From Patescibacteria group bacterium (GTDB taxonomy: Bacteria; Patescibacteriota; Microgenomatia; JAMCYU01): a stretch of 64,000 bases of DNA. The notes under the pieces are model-generated. The model was not told the origin of the DNA and made no database searches. It saw only the letters and a list, made by a program, of their open reading frames with translations. Both the position numbers and the translations under genes were made by a program. This document shows, one piece after another, positions 52,691 to 61,855 of the stretch (position 1 is its first letter; each line of letters begins with the position of its first letter). The DNA is taken from contig JAMCYU010000004.1 in the NCBI GenBank assembly GCA_023473585.1, forward strand, positions 66,033 to 130,032, given 5' to 3'.

Positions 52691-52856
52691 AAGATTTAAA
52701 ATTACCAAAAACGGGAAAATCATTCGCGGCCGACAAATGGGTCGGCATTTAAGAATTAACAAAAATAAAACCCATCAGCGCCGTTTAAAAGAACCGGGGA
52801 AAGTTGCCGGCAAATTAGCTAAATCCGTCAGAAGATTTTTACCGTATGGGCAATAA
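52656..52856 (+). CDS. rpmI: 50S ribosomal protein L35
   Basis: MPKMKTKKVVSKRFKITKNGKI... Confidence 0.85.
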   Translation: MPKMKTKKVVSKRFKITKNGKIIRGRQMGRHLRINKNKTHQRRLKEPGKVAGKLAKSVRRFLPYGQ

Positions 52857-53008
52857 ATCAAATATTAATTATCGGCAAACTAATTCCAGCCGATCGGCTA
52901 ATAAATCGGCAGTAAGTTTTGGCCATTTCCAAAGAATGGCGCCTTTTACCAAGGTCAAGGATTTTTTTACCAAATTTAATCTTAAGAATAAAGGAGGCTT
53001 CTAAACCT

Positions 53009-53356
53009 ATGGCACGAGTAAAAAGAGGCACGATCAGCCGCCAACGTCATAAAAAGATTTTTGAGCTTAATAAGGGTTACCGGATGACCCGCCGAAGACT
53101 GATTAAGGTCGCTTCGGAATCGGCTCTCCATGCGGGAGAGTATGCTTTTGCCGGCCGAAAAAATAAAAAAAGAGACCTTCGCCGTTTGTTTATAACCAGA
53201 ATTAACGGCGCTTGCGAAAATCTTGGCCTTTCTTACAGTCAATTCATCGCCGGTTTAAAAAAGGCAAAGATTACTCTTGACCGAAAAATTTTAGCCGAAT
53301 TAGTAAGTTCTGATTTTGAGACTTTTAAAAAGGTGGTCGAAAAGGCCAGGGCTTAA
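53009..53356 (+). CDS. rplT: 50S ribosomal protein L20
   Basis: MARVKRGTISRQRHKKI...; SD AAGGAGG. Confidence 0.9.
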   Translation: MARVKRGTISRQRHKKIFELNKGYRMTRRRLIKVASESALHAGEYAFAGRKNKKRDLRRLFITRINGACENLGLSYSQFIAGLKKAKITLDRKILAELVSSDFETFKKVVEKARA

Positions 53357-53383
53357 AAATTTTGGCCCTCCTTCGACCACTTA

Positions 53384-53410
53384 ACCTACGTTAGACGAAC
53401 GTAGGTTTTT
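53384..53410 (+). terminator. intrinsic terminator after rplT
   Basis: CCUACGUU-agacg-AACGUAGG followed by UUUUUU. Confidence 0.6.
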
Positions 53411-53429
53411 TGTTGTAAAATAGTAAAGT

Positions 53430-54455
53430 ATGGAAGAAAAATTAATGGCTCTTAAAAACGAGGCAATCGCCATCATCTGGCAAACCAAAGATTTGGCTGA
53501 CTTGGAAAATTTACGAATAAAATACTTTGGAAAAAACGGTGAGTTAACCAACACCCTTAGAGAGTTGCCTAAACTTGAAATTACCGAACGCCGGCGCTTG
53601 GGGGTTTTGGCCAATGACGTTAAAACCGCAATCGAACACGCCATAACTGAAACTAAGGAAAAAATTTTAGGAGAAGAAAAGAAAGAGGAATGGTTTGACG
53701 TCACTAAACCCGGCTTCAAATTTCCCTTGGGCCATCTTCATCTTATTTCCCAAACGATTGCGGAAATTGACCTCATTTTTGCAAAAATCGGCTTTACCAG
53801 AGTGGCTTATCCTGAGGTCGAATGGGACTGGTACGCTTTTGAGGGTTTAAATATGAGCCAAAACCATCCGGCCAGGGACGAATGGGAAACTTTTTTTATT
53901 GAAAATTTGTTTCATCAAAAATACGGCGTCGGTCTTTTAACGCCTCACACGTCTTCGGGGCAACTTCGGGAAATGGAGAGAAAGAAAAAACCACCGATAA
54001 GGATGCTCAATATCGCCAAATGTTACCGACGACAATCGGATGTTTCTCATGCCCCCATGTTTTATCAGTTTGAGGGTTTAGTTGTTGATCAAAACATTAA
54101 TATCACCCATCTTAAGGGAACCTTGGATTATTTTGTCAAAGAATTTTTTGGAAAGACTAGGAAAACGAGGATTCGTCCCTTTCATTTTCAATTTACCGAA
54201 CCTTCTTTTGAAGTTGACGTCACCTGTATGGTTTGTCAGGGAAAGGGTTGCCGAGCCTGTAAAGAGGGTTGGATGGAAATAGGGGGCGCGGGAATGGTTC
54301 ATCCGACGGTTTTGCGAAACGGCGGTTTTAATCCCAAACTTTATAGCGGTTTTGCTTTCGGTTGGGGAGTCGAAAGGGTTCTGATGATGAAATACGGCAT
54401 TCCCGATATCAGACTTTTATTTAACGGCGACTTACGATTTTTAAACCAATTTTAA
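53430..54455 (+). CDS. pheS: phenylalanine--tRNA ligase alpha subunit
   Basis: Class II motifs; C-terminus GFAFGWGVERVLMMKYGIPDIRLLFNGDLRFLNQF. Confidence 0.9.
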   Translation: MEEKLMALKNEAIAIIWQTKDLADLENLRIKYFGKNGELTNTLRELPKLEITERRRLGVLANDVKTAIEHAITETKEKILGEEKKEEWFDVTKPGFKFPLGHLHLISQTIAEIDLIFAKIGFTRVAYPEVEWDWYAFEGLNMSQNHPARDEWETFFIENLFHQKYGVGLLTPHTSSGQLREMERKKKPPIRMLNIAKCYRRQSDVSHAPMFYQFEGLVVDQNINITHLKGTLDYFVKEFFGKTRKTRIRPFHFQFTEPSFEVDVTCMVCQGKGCRACKEGWMEIGGAGMVHPTVLRNGGFNPKLYSGFAFGWGVERVLMMKYGIPDIRLLFNGDLRFLNQF

Positions 54456-54458
54456 GAT

Positions 54459-56474
54459 ATGAATATTTTGATCAGTGACTCATGGTTAAGGGATTTTCTT
54501 AAAACTAAAGCTACGGCTTACGAAATCGGGCAGTCTCTGTCTTTATGCAGTCAATCGGTCGAAAGAATTAAAAAAGTTGGTCATGATTTTCTTTATGATA
54601 TTGAAATCACGACCAACCGGCCGGATTGTTTTTCCGTTTATGGTCTGGCCAGAGAATTGGCGGCCATCCTCCCAAGATTTAACTTTCCGGCAAAATTCAA
54701 CGCAGGGGAAGTAGCTAAAATTCAAGAACCTGAAGGAAAAAATGCTTTGCCCCTGGAGGTTAAAATTACCGACCCAAATTTATGTCCGAGATTTACGGCT
54801 CTCATTTTTGAAATCCCAAAACTTGGCCCCTCACCAAAGATTGTCCAGGAAAGGTTAGAAAAAGCGGGCATAAGAGCCCTAAATAATGTCGTCGACATCT
54901 CCAATTATCTGATGATTGAACTTGGCCAGCCAATGCATACTTTTGATTACGACAAAATTAAAGGGGCTAAAATGACTCTTCGCTCAACCCAAAAGGAAGA
55001 AAAAATTACAACTTTGGATAAACAAACAAGAATCCTGCCTAAGGAAACAATCATTATTGAAGACGGGGAAGAAAGAATTATCGACCTTTGCGGGATTATG
55101 GGAGCTTATAATTCCGCGGTTGATGAAAAAACCCGAAGGGTTCTTCTCTTTGTGCAAACTTATGATCCCGCCAGAATCCGCCGCACCTGTCAACTTTTAG
55201 GTTTCCGAACCGAAGCCGCCTCAAGGTTTGAAAAAGGAGTTGATCCTGAAAGTGTTCCTTTAGCTATTGGCAAAGCCCTAAAGATGTTTGAGGAAAATTG
55301 CCAGGCTAAAATCGTGAGCCGCTTAATTGATCTTTATCCTAAAAAGCAAAAAGTGAAAAAAGTTCGGCTGGACCTGACTTTACTTGCAAGAATCATGGGT
55401 CTAGAAATTCCTAAAAAGGAAATTACGGAAATCCTCGAATCTTTAGGCTTTCTCCTCAAAATGAATGATCCCTCACTTATAACGGCGACGGTTCCTCACT
55501 GGCGCTATCAGGATATTTCCATTCCCGAGGACTTAATTGAGGAAGTTGCCAGAATTTACGGTTACAACCGACTCCCGAATACTCCTTTGCCGGTTCTTGC
55601 TGACAACGAAAGCCAGGAAAAATTTTTCTGGGAGGGAAGCATCAAAACAGCTTTGAAGTATTGGGGGTTTACCGAAATTACCAATTATTCCCTAATCGAT
55701 GAGAACTCGTTAAAAAAAGTTAATCTTGAACCTTGTGATTATTTGAAAATTGCCAATCCCTTAACCGAAGACCTCCTCTATTTAAGACCAAGTCTTCTGC
55801 CCTCGCTTCTGCGGATTATTTCTCAAAATCAAGCTAATTTTTCGGCCATGAGAATTTTTGAAATCGCTAATGTTTATCTGCCACAAGGAGAAAATCATTT
55901 ACCGGATGAAATTAAAATGTTTTCAGGGCTTTATACCGGTCATGATTTTTTTGCTCTTAAAGGACTTCTTGAAAATCTTTTGGAGAATTTAGGGATAACC
56001 GATTATCAATTTGCAACTTCGTTGCCAACGACGAGCATTTTTAATTCCCAAAAAACAGCCGAAATCTTAATCAAAGGCAAGTCAATCGGCCTTTTGGGAG
56101 AGATTAACCAAAAAATCTCACATTCTTTTTCTGTAACTTCAAAATTAATCGGTTTTGATATCGAACTTGAGTCTTTAATAAAAAACGCGACAAAAATAAA
56201 AAAATATCAACCGCTTATTTCTTTTCCTCCCATTATCGAGGATCTTTCTTTTGTCATTAAAAATAAAATTGAGGTGGCCAAAATAATCGTGGCCATTAAG
56301 TCCGTTGATAGATTAATTACCCAGGTTGATTTCCTGGGCAGTTTTGAAGACACCCAAACGTTTCGAATCAGTTATCAATCAAGAACCAAAACCTTACAAA
56401 GCCAGGAAGCAGAAAAAATAAGAAACAAAATTATAAACGAAATCAAACAAAAATTCGGCGCTTATCTTAAATAA
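54459..56474 (+). CDS. pheT: phenylalanine--tRNA ligase beta subunit
   Basis: N-terminus MNILISDSWLRDFL like the E. coli PheT start; B3/4 and B5 domains; 671 aa. Confidence 0.85.
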   Translation: MNILISDSWLRDFLKTKATAYEIGQSLSLCSQSVERIKKVGHDFLYDIEITTNRPDCFSVYGLARELAAILPRFNFPAKFNAGEVAKIQEPEGKNALPLEVKITDPNLCPRFTALIFEIPKLGPSPKIVQERLEKAGIRALNNVVDISNYLMIELGQPMHTFDYDKIKGAKMTLRSTQKEEKITTLDKQTRILPKETIIIEDGEERIIDLCGIMGAYNSAVDEKTRRVLLFVQTYDPARIRRTCQLLGFRTEAASRFEKGVDPESVPLAIGKALKMFEENCQAKIVSRLIDLYPKKQKVKKVRLDLTLLARIMGLEIPKKEITEILESLGFLLKMNDPSLITATVPHWRYQDISIPEDLIEEVARIYGYNRLPNTPLPVLADNESQEKFFWEGSIKTALKYWGFTEITNYSLIDENSLKKVNLEPCDYLKIANPLTEDLLYLRPSLLPSLLRIISQNQANFSAMRIFEIANVYLPQGENHLPDEIKMFSGLYTGHDFFALKGLLENLLENLGITDYQFATSLPTTSIFNSQKTAEILIKGKSIGLLGEINQKISHSFSVTSKLIGFDIELESLIKNATKIKKYQPLISFPPIIEDLSFVIKNKIEVAKIIVAIKSVDRLITQVDFLGSFEDTQTFRISYQSRTKTLQSQEAEKIRNKIINEIKQKFGAYLK

Positions 56475-56840
56475 TTAATAATTGGCGATTTTGGAACGCT
56501 GTTTTTCCGTTTGCCCCCTAACAAAAGAGGCAATCTCACTTAAAAGTCTTCCTTCCCGATTTTCCAATTCCCGAAAATCCTGATTATTATCTAAACCCCT
56601 GAAGATTCTTGAAGCTCTCTTGGTGCTGCCCTCGGCGATTTTTCTTTGGGCACGATAATAACCTCTTAAAAGCCGTAGCTCTCTTGGATCAAAATTTGAA
56701 AGCTGGCAATAGCCAATCACTTCGGCCCACCCGGGAATAAAACCGTTCTTTTTGTACGGGGGAAGTTCACAAAATTTTCTTTCGGTATCGGGCAAAGGTA
56801 TGGTGGTGTTTTTTAATCGATCCTGCGCTTCAAGTGTCAT
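56475..56840 (-). CDS. hypothetical protein
   Basis: 121 aa ORF downstream of the PBP gene on the minus strand. Confidence 0.3.
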   Translation of the reverse strand: MTLEAQDRLKNTTIPLPDTERKFCELPPYKKNGFIPGWAEVIGYCQLSNFDPRELRLLRGYYRAQRKIAEGSTKRASRIFRGLDNNQDFRELENREGRLLSEIASFVRGQTEKQRSKIANY

Positions 56841-56902
56841 GGTTTTAACTTGAACTTATTCTAACACAAAAGTCAAACGCTTGACGATTTTAGGGTAAGG
56901 AG

Positions 56903-59554
56903 TTAAAGCGGGGACGGCGTCGGCGCCGGGGTGGGGACAGGGGTCGGCGTCGGCGCCGCCCAATCCCAGGGAACAAAAACACCAAATTTAATTTCCGCAT
57001 CAGAAGCGTTGCCTTTGGAATCCTGGGCTTTAATTTTAAGAGTGTGTGTTCCTTTAGCCATGTTTATTCTTTCGGAAAATTTATTGGTGGAAAGCGTCCG
57101 ATTGACTAAACCATCAATAATTATTTCCAGTTTGACAATTTCTCCAACCGCCGAATAAGCTTCGGTTTCAACCAAGACATCATTGTCGTTTATCTGCGAC
57201 CGATCGCCGGGACTCTTAATTTTGACAATGGCTCGATCAAGTTTATCCTGCGAAGTTTCTTTCGGGGGATGATATTTGCTGTCGGTATTTGAAGCTAACC
57301 AAGCGTCAATGCCCTCCTGCCAGCGATTTTTCCCGTCGGTTGAGACCGGGTCCTGTTCAGTTAAGACAATAAAGTCTTTCTCCTCGTATTCTCCCATGGC
57401 AATTTCACTTTGATTAGCTAATTTACCATTATTTTTGGAAATTTTAAGTTTTTGATAAATTGCGGCTGGCTGTGTCGGTTCGGTACCGGAGATAAAATAT
57501 TCACTTCTGGTCGGAAAACCCTCTTTAGGCAACCCTCCACCAAAAGCATCGATCGTTGAGGCAACAACATTTGCGGGAACGATAGGTGGCTCGTCCGGTT
57601 TATCTTTTAAAATAAAGCGCATAATTTTATTCCAAATTGGCGCGGCGCCGGTAACCCCGGAAGCCAAAGAAGGATGCATGGCCGAATTATCGTTATTGCC
57701 AACCCACACGCCAACCACAAAACTGGGAGTAAAACCAACAGTCCAATTGTCTTTTTTATCATCGGTCGTTCCGGTCTTGACCGAGACGGTTTTCCCCGGC
57801 ACAACCAACCAGGAACTTGGACCAAAAATTTCTTTTCTGGCTTCATTGTCTAAAAGAATATGAGAAATTAAAAAAGAGACTTCCGGTGACAAAACTTTTT
57901 GTCCGGAGGTCGGTTTCGTTTCGAAAAGAGTTTTACCGCGCGAATCCTGAACTTTAAGAATAGAGGTCGGTTCATGCCGAACGCCGCTTTGGCCAAAAAC
58001 GCCGAAAGCGCTGGTTAGATCTAAAAGCTTAACTTCGCCGCCACCAAGGGTTAAAGCCAAACCGAAACGGCTCAAGTTTTCATTCGTCGGCTGAAGCGTT
58101 GTCAACCCCATATCATAAGCGGTCACTAAAGCTTCTTTAACCCCGACCATCGCCAACATCTTAACGGCCGCAATGTTAATTGAATTAGCCAAAGCAAATC
58201 TGACCTGAACCGGACCTCTGAATTTCCCGTCATAATTTTTAGGAATATAGTCGGGCTTATTCTCGCCACCAGGGAAATGAGTTTCCGTATCCATTAAAAG
58301 CGTGGCCGGTGTGTATCCTTTCTGAAAAGCGGTCGCGTAAATAATCGGTTTAATCGCCGAGCCCGGCTGGCGCAATCCCTGGGTCACGACGTTAAATTTA
58401 AAACCAGAAGAATCCGTCGCATTATAGTCCTTAGAACCAACCATCGCCAAAATCTGACCGGTTTTAGGATCCAAAACCGCGGCGGCGCCGTTGGTGACCT
58501 TAAGACTTTTAAGTTTCCCAATCTCTTCCTTGACGATTTTTTCCGCCTCTTCCTGAATCTTCCAATCTAGTGTCGTTGTGACTTTAAGACCGCCCTGTTC
58601 GATCATCTTCTCGCCGAATTGGGCAATCAATTTTTCCTTAACGTACATGACAAAATGAGGCGCCCGAAAATTGGTATCGGTTTCAGAAAACTTAACGTTA
58701 GTAATGTCTTTTTTGGCCTGTTCTTCCTGATCTTTTGAGATATAACCGTCCTCACGCATTCTTCGCAAAACCTGTCCGGTCCGCCAAATATAGGCCTTAG
58801 GATCCGAACCGAAAAGGGGAGAGTATTTGGTCGGCGCGTTCGGCAGTCCGGCCAAAATGACCGACTCTAAAAAACTTAAATCTTTGGTGTGTTTGCCAAA
58901 ATAGGTTTGGGAGGCTGTCTCGACCCCCCAAGCCGTCCCGCCATAGGGAGCCTCGTTTAAATACATCTGCAAAATCTCGTCTTTGGAATATTTTCTTTCA
59001 ATCTGAATCGCCAAAATAAACTCTTTAATTTTCCGAGGCAAGGTCCGTTCGCTTGTTAACAAGACGTTTTTCACCAGCTGTTGAGTTAAGGTCGAACCGC
59101 CCTGAAGGTTTCTAAAAACAAAGATGTTAACCAAGGCCCTCCCCATACCGCTAAAGGAAAAACCCTGATGTTTATAAAATTCTTTATCCTCAATGGCCAC
59201 GGTCGCCTGACGCAAAGATTGGGGCATATCGGCAAAAGAAACCGGAACCCGATTTTGATCCCCGTAAATGTCGTATAAAACCTCGCCGTTTTTGTCGGTA
59301 ATAACCGTTGATAAACCTTCAACCCGATGAACCTTATCCGGACGGGGCAAATCTTTACTGTACCAGGCAAAAAGGAAAACCACGAAAAAAACTAAAGCCA
59401 AACTTCCCAAAAGAACCAGGGTGCTTAACTGCGACCAGCGCTTGATCCGTTCCAGTCTTGAAGAAGAACCGAAATGGGAGCGTTTCCAGCGTTTTTCCTG
59501 AAAAACATCAAGCATATCTTCACTTGGAGAAATTTTGGTTTCGATTTTCTCCAT
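56903..59554 (-). CDS. class A penicillin-binding protein (PBP1A-like) with C-terminal Ig-like/Pro-Thr-rich extension
   Basis: GT51 motifs EDKEFYKHQGF and GGSTLTQQ; transpeptidase SAIKP, SIN, KTGTT; C-terminal TPTPVPTPAPTPSP. Confidence 0.85.
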   Translation of the reverse strand: MEKIETKISPSEDMLDVFQEKRWKRSHFGSSSRLERIKRWSQLSTLVLLGSLALVFFVVFLFAWYSKDLPRPDKVHRVEGLSTVITDKNGEVLYDIYGDQNRVPVSFADMPQSLRQATVAIEDKEFYKHQGFSFSGMGRALVNIFVFRNLQGGSTLTQQLVKNVLLTSERTLPRKIKEFILAIQIERKYSKDEILQMYLNEAPYGGTAWGVETASQTYFGKHTKDLSFLESVILAGLPNAPTKYSPLFGSDPKAYIWRTGQVLRRMREDGYISKDQEEQAKKDITNVKFSETDTNFRAPHFVMYVKEKLIAQFGEKMIEQGGLKVTTTLDWKIQEEAEKIVKEEIGKLKSLKVTNGAAAVLDPKTGQILAMVGSKDYNATDSSGFKFNVVTQGLRQPGSAIKPIIYATAFQKGYTPATLLMDTETHFPGGENKPDYIPKNYDGKFRGPVQVRFALANSINIAAVKMLAMVGVKEALVTAYDMGLTTLQPTNENLSRFGLALTLGGGEVKLLDLTSAFGVFGQSGVRHEPTSILKVQDSRGKTLFETKPTSGQKVLSPEVSFLISHILLDNEARKEIFGPSSWLVVPGKTVSVKTGTTDDKKDNWTVGFTPSFVVGVWVGNNDNSAMHPSLASGVTGAAPIWNKIMRFILKDKPDEPPIVPANVVASTIDAFGGGLPKEGFPTRSEYFISGTEPTQPAAIYQKLKISKNNGKLANQSEIAMGEYEEKDFIVLTEQDPVSTDGKNRWQEGIDAWLASNTDSKYHPPKETSQDKLDRAIVKIKSPGDRSQINDNDVLVETEAYSAVGEIVKLEIIIDGLVNRTLSTNKFSERINMAKGTHTLKIKAQDSKGNASDAEIKFGVFVPWDWAAPTPTPVPTPAPTPSPL

Positions 59555-59583
59555 TCTTTAAGTTTATCAGAACAAGGCTCTAT

Positions 59584-59612
59584 TTGACAAGTCAAAAAGC
59601 AATCGGTATAAT
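59584..59612 (+). promoter_or_regulatory. consensus sigma70 promoter
   Basis: TTGACA, 17 nt spacer, TATAAT. Confidence 0.5.
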
Positions 59613-59619
59613 TAAACCC

Positions 59620-59703
59620 ATGTTGTCAACCACCCAAACTCTTTTTTGGTTTTATTATACCTTCCAAAAAGGGAGGTTGGTTGACGTGGTTATAGAACAC
59701 TAA
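59620..59703 (+). CDS. putative leaderless leader peptide (27 aa, aromatic-rich) of a racemase-tyrS attenuator
   Basis: ATG 7 nt after the -10. Encodes MLSTTQTLFWFYYTFQKGRLVDVVIEH. Codons 17-22 form the hairpin ACCUUCC-AAAAA-GGGAGG. Confidence 0.35.
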   Translation: MLSTTQTLFWFYYTFQKGRLVDVVIEH

Positions 59704-59728
59704 ACATTAATCATTAAATTAAAACCAG

Positions 59729-59752
59729 CCTCCCAAAAAGGGAGGTTTTTTT
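59729..59752 (+). terminator. intrinsic terminator (attenuator) upstream of the racemase gene
   Basis: CCUCCC-AAAAA-GGGAGG followed by UUUUUUU. The 5' arm can alternatively pair with GGGAGG at 59671-59676. Confidence 0.6.
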
Positions 59753-59769
59753 GTGGAAAAAGGAGAATT

Positions 59770-60468
59770 ATGAAAACAGCTGGAATTATCGGTGGTTTTG
59801 GACCGGAGACAACGACTAAGTTTCAACTAGAAATAGTTGAGATTTTTCGTGCTTTAAAGATCAAAGAAAGACCAGCTCTTCTAATTTGGCAAACACCTAT
59901 CCCCGTAAAAATTGAACAAAGAATGATTCTTCAGGGCCAGGGAATCTCAAAATTTTTACCTTTTTTAATTGACGGGGCTCAAAAATTAGAAAATGGTGGG
60001 GCTGATTTTTTGGTTCTACCGTGCAATACGTTGCACATCTTAATTGATGACTTACGGAAATCAATTAATCTTCCGCTTATAAACCTTATTGAAGAAACGG
60101 CCAAAGACCTGGTTCGCAAAAAAATTAAAAGCATCGGGATCCTTGGAAGCCAAGAAACAATCAAAAGCCGTCTGCATCAGCAATTATTATCTAGAAAAGG
60201 AATCATTCCCATCTTGCCAAACGAAAACGAACAAAAGTTAATTAATAAAGTCATTAGCCAAATCCTGACTAATAAAAACTTAAGCGAAACCGAAAAGACC
60301 TTAAGAAGAGTAGTTAAAAACCTAGAGGCTAGGGGAACGAAAAACATTCTCCTGGCCTGCACCGATTTACAACTTGTTTTCCCCAAAATAAAAGGCATTG
60401 AAATCCACGATACATTGTCGATTTTAGCCCAAGCAACCGCAAGAGAAATTCTTAAAAAGAAGCTTTAA
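59770..60468 (+). CDS. aspartate/glutamate racemase family protein (aspartate racemase-like)
   Basis: 232 aa with the two catalytic Cys motifs LPCNTLH and LACTDL. SD AAAAAGGAG. Confidence 0.7.
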   Translation: MKTAGIIGGFGPETTTKFQLEIVEIFRALKIKERPALLIWQTPIPVKIEQRMILQGQGISKFLPFLIDGAQKLENGGADFLVLPCNTLHILIDDLRKSINLPLINLIEETAKDLVRKKIKSIGILGSQETIKSRLHQQLLSRKGIIPILPNENEQKLINKVISQILTNKNLSETEKTLRRVVKNLEARGTKNILLACTDLQLVFPKIKGIEIHDTLSILAQATAREILKKKL

Positions 60469-60490
60469 TTTAAAAGGAGTTTGATTTATA

Positions 60491-61726
60491 ATGAATTTAT
60501 CTATGGACAACATTGACGAACTTTTAACCAGGGGGGTAGAGAAAATATACCCTTCCAAAGAAGCTCTTGAAACCGTTTTGAGAACCGGGAAAAAATTGCG
60601 GATCTATCAGGGCTTTGACCCAACCGCCCCGGAATTACATCTCGGCCACATGATCGGTTTAAGAAAACTTCGCCAATGGCAAGACCTGGGACACGAAGTT
60701 ATCTTCTTAATCGGTGACTTTACCGGGATGATTGGCGACCCGTCCGGAAAAGATAAAACCCGTATCCCCCTAACCCGTGAACAGGTTTTATTAAATGCCA
60801 AAACCTATCAAGAACAAGCGAGAAGAGTTCTGCGTTTTAGCGGAGAAAATCCGGTCCAACTTAAATTTAACAGCACCTGGTTGGGCAAATTATCGGCAGA
60901 AGAACTTTTAAGATTAACCTCAAACTTAACCTATCAACAGGTTATTGAAAGAGATATGTTCCAAAAGCGGCTTGAGAAAAAGATGGATATTTCGCTCGTT
61001 GAATTTTTCTATCCCTTCATGCAGGGATACGATTCGGTCGCTATGGATATTGACGTGGAAGTTGGAGGCAGCGATCAATTATTTAACATGATGACCGGAC
61101 GAGACCTGATGCGTAAATTAAAAAAGAAAGAAAAATTCGTGATGACAACGCCTCTTTTGACGGATTCTTCCGGCCGTAAAATTGGCAAAACCACAGGCAA
61201 TATTATTACCCTAACGGCGCCTGCCAATGACTTTTACGGCCTGATTATGAGTTTGGGAGATGACGTGATCGTCAGGTGTTTTGAATACTTAACGGATTTA
61301 CCCTTGGATGAAGTCAATGAAATTAGGGAAAAAATCAAAAAGGGCGAAAACCCTATGGTTTACAAGAAAAAGCTCGCCCGCAAACTCACGGCCATGCTAA
61401 ATAGCGAGGCATCGGCCGAAGAAGCAGAAAAGGAATTCGAAAGAGTCCACCAGAAAGGGCAGATTCCAGAACAAGTCTCCATATTTAAACTCTCAAACAA
61501 GATAACTGACTTTTATGATTTGTTAGTTAAAAGTCAGATAGCGAGTTCTAGGGGAGAAGCTAAAAGACTTATCGAACAAAGGGCAATTAAAGTTAACGGT
61601 AAAACTGTTAAAAACAGTTGGGATTATAAAATCTCACAGGGGACAATTATGGAGAATTCTCAACCTATTACCGGAGGGATCACTATCCAGAAGGGACCCA
61701 CAAAATTTATTAAAATAGAATCTTAA
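60491..61726 (+). CDS. tyrS: tyrosine--tRNA ligase
   Basis: HLGH (HIGH) motif, KIGKT (KMSKS-like), C-terminal S4 domain. Confidence 0.9.
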   Translation: MNLSMDNIDELLTRGVEKIYPSKEALETVLRTGKKLRIYQGFDPTAPELHLGHMIGLRKLRQWQDLGHEVIFLIGDFTGMIGDPSGKDKTRIPLTREQVLLNAKTYQEQARRVLRFSGENPVQLKFNSTWLGKLSAEELLRLTSNLTYQQVIERDMFQKRLEKKMDISLVEFFYPFMQGYDSVAMDIDVEVGGSDQLFNMMTGRDLMRKLKKKEKFVMTTPLLTDSSGRKIGKTTGNIITLTAPANDFYGLIMSLGDDVIVRCFEYLTDLPLDEVNEIREKIKKGENPMVYKKKLARKLTAMLNSEASAEEAEKEFERVHQKGQIPEQVSIFKLSNKITDFYDLLVKSQIASSRGEAKRLIEQRAIKVNGKTVKNSWDYKISQGTIMENSQPITGGITIQKGPTKFIKIES

Positions 61727-61728
61727 CG

Positions 61729-61833
61729 ATGAATAAATTCAGAAAATATCACTGGGTTTGGACAATCATTGTTATTTTTGCCTCGCTGGCTTTAATCTTA
61801 ACCTCCTTTTTACCTTTGCTAACCTTGCGTTAA
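61729..61833 (+). CDS. hypothetical 34-aa single-TM peptide
   Basis: MNKFRKYHWVWTIIVIFASLALILTSFLPLLTLR. Starts 2 nt after the tyrS stop; no SD. Confidence 0.25.
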   Translation: MNKFRKYHWVWTIIVIFASLALILTSFLPLLTLR

Positions 61834-61855
61834 AACCTTGTGCTATACTAGCCTC

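Noticed and set aside
59555-59769. Possible T-box riboswitch upstream of the tyrS operon
   Set aside because: Leader is only ~150 nt and lacks the T-box consensus (AGGGUGGNACCGCG) and a specifier-loop stem. A leader-peptide attenuator fits better.
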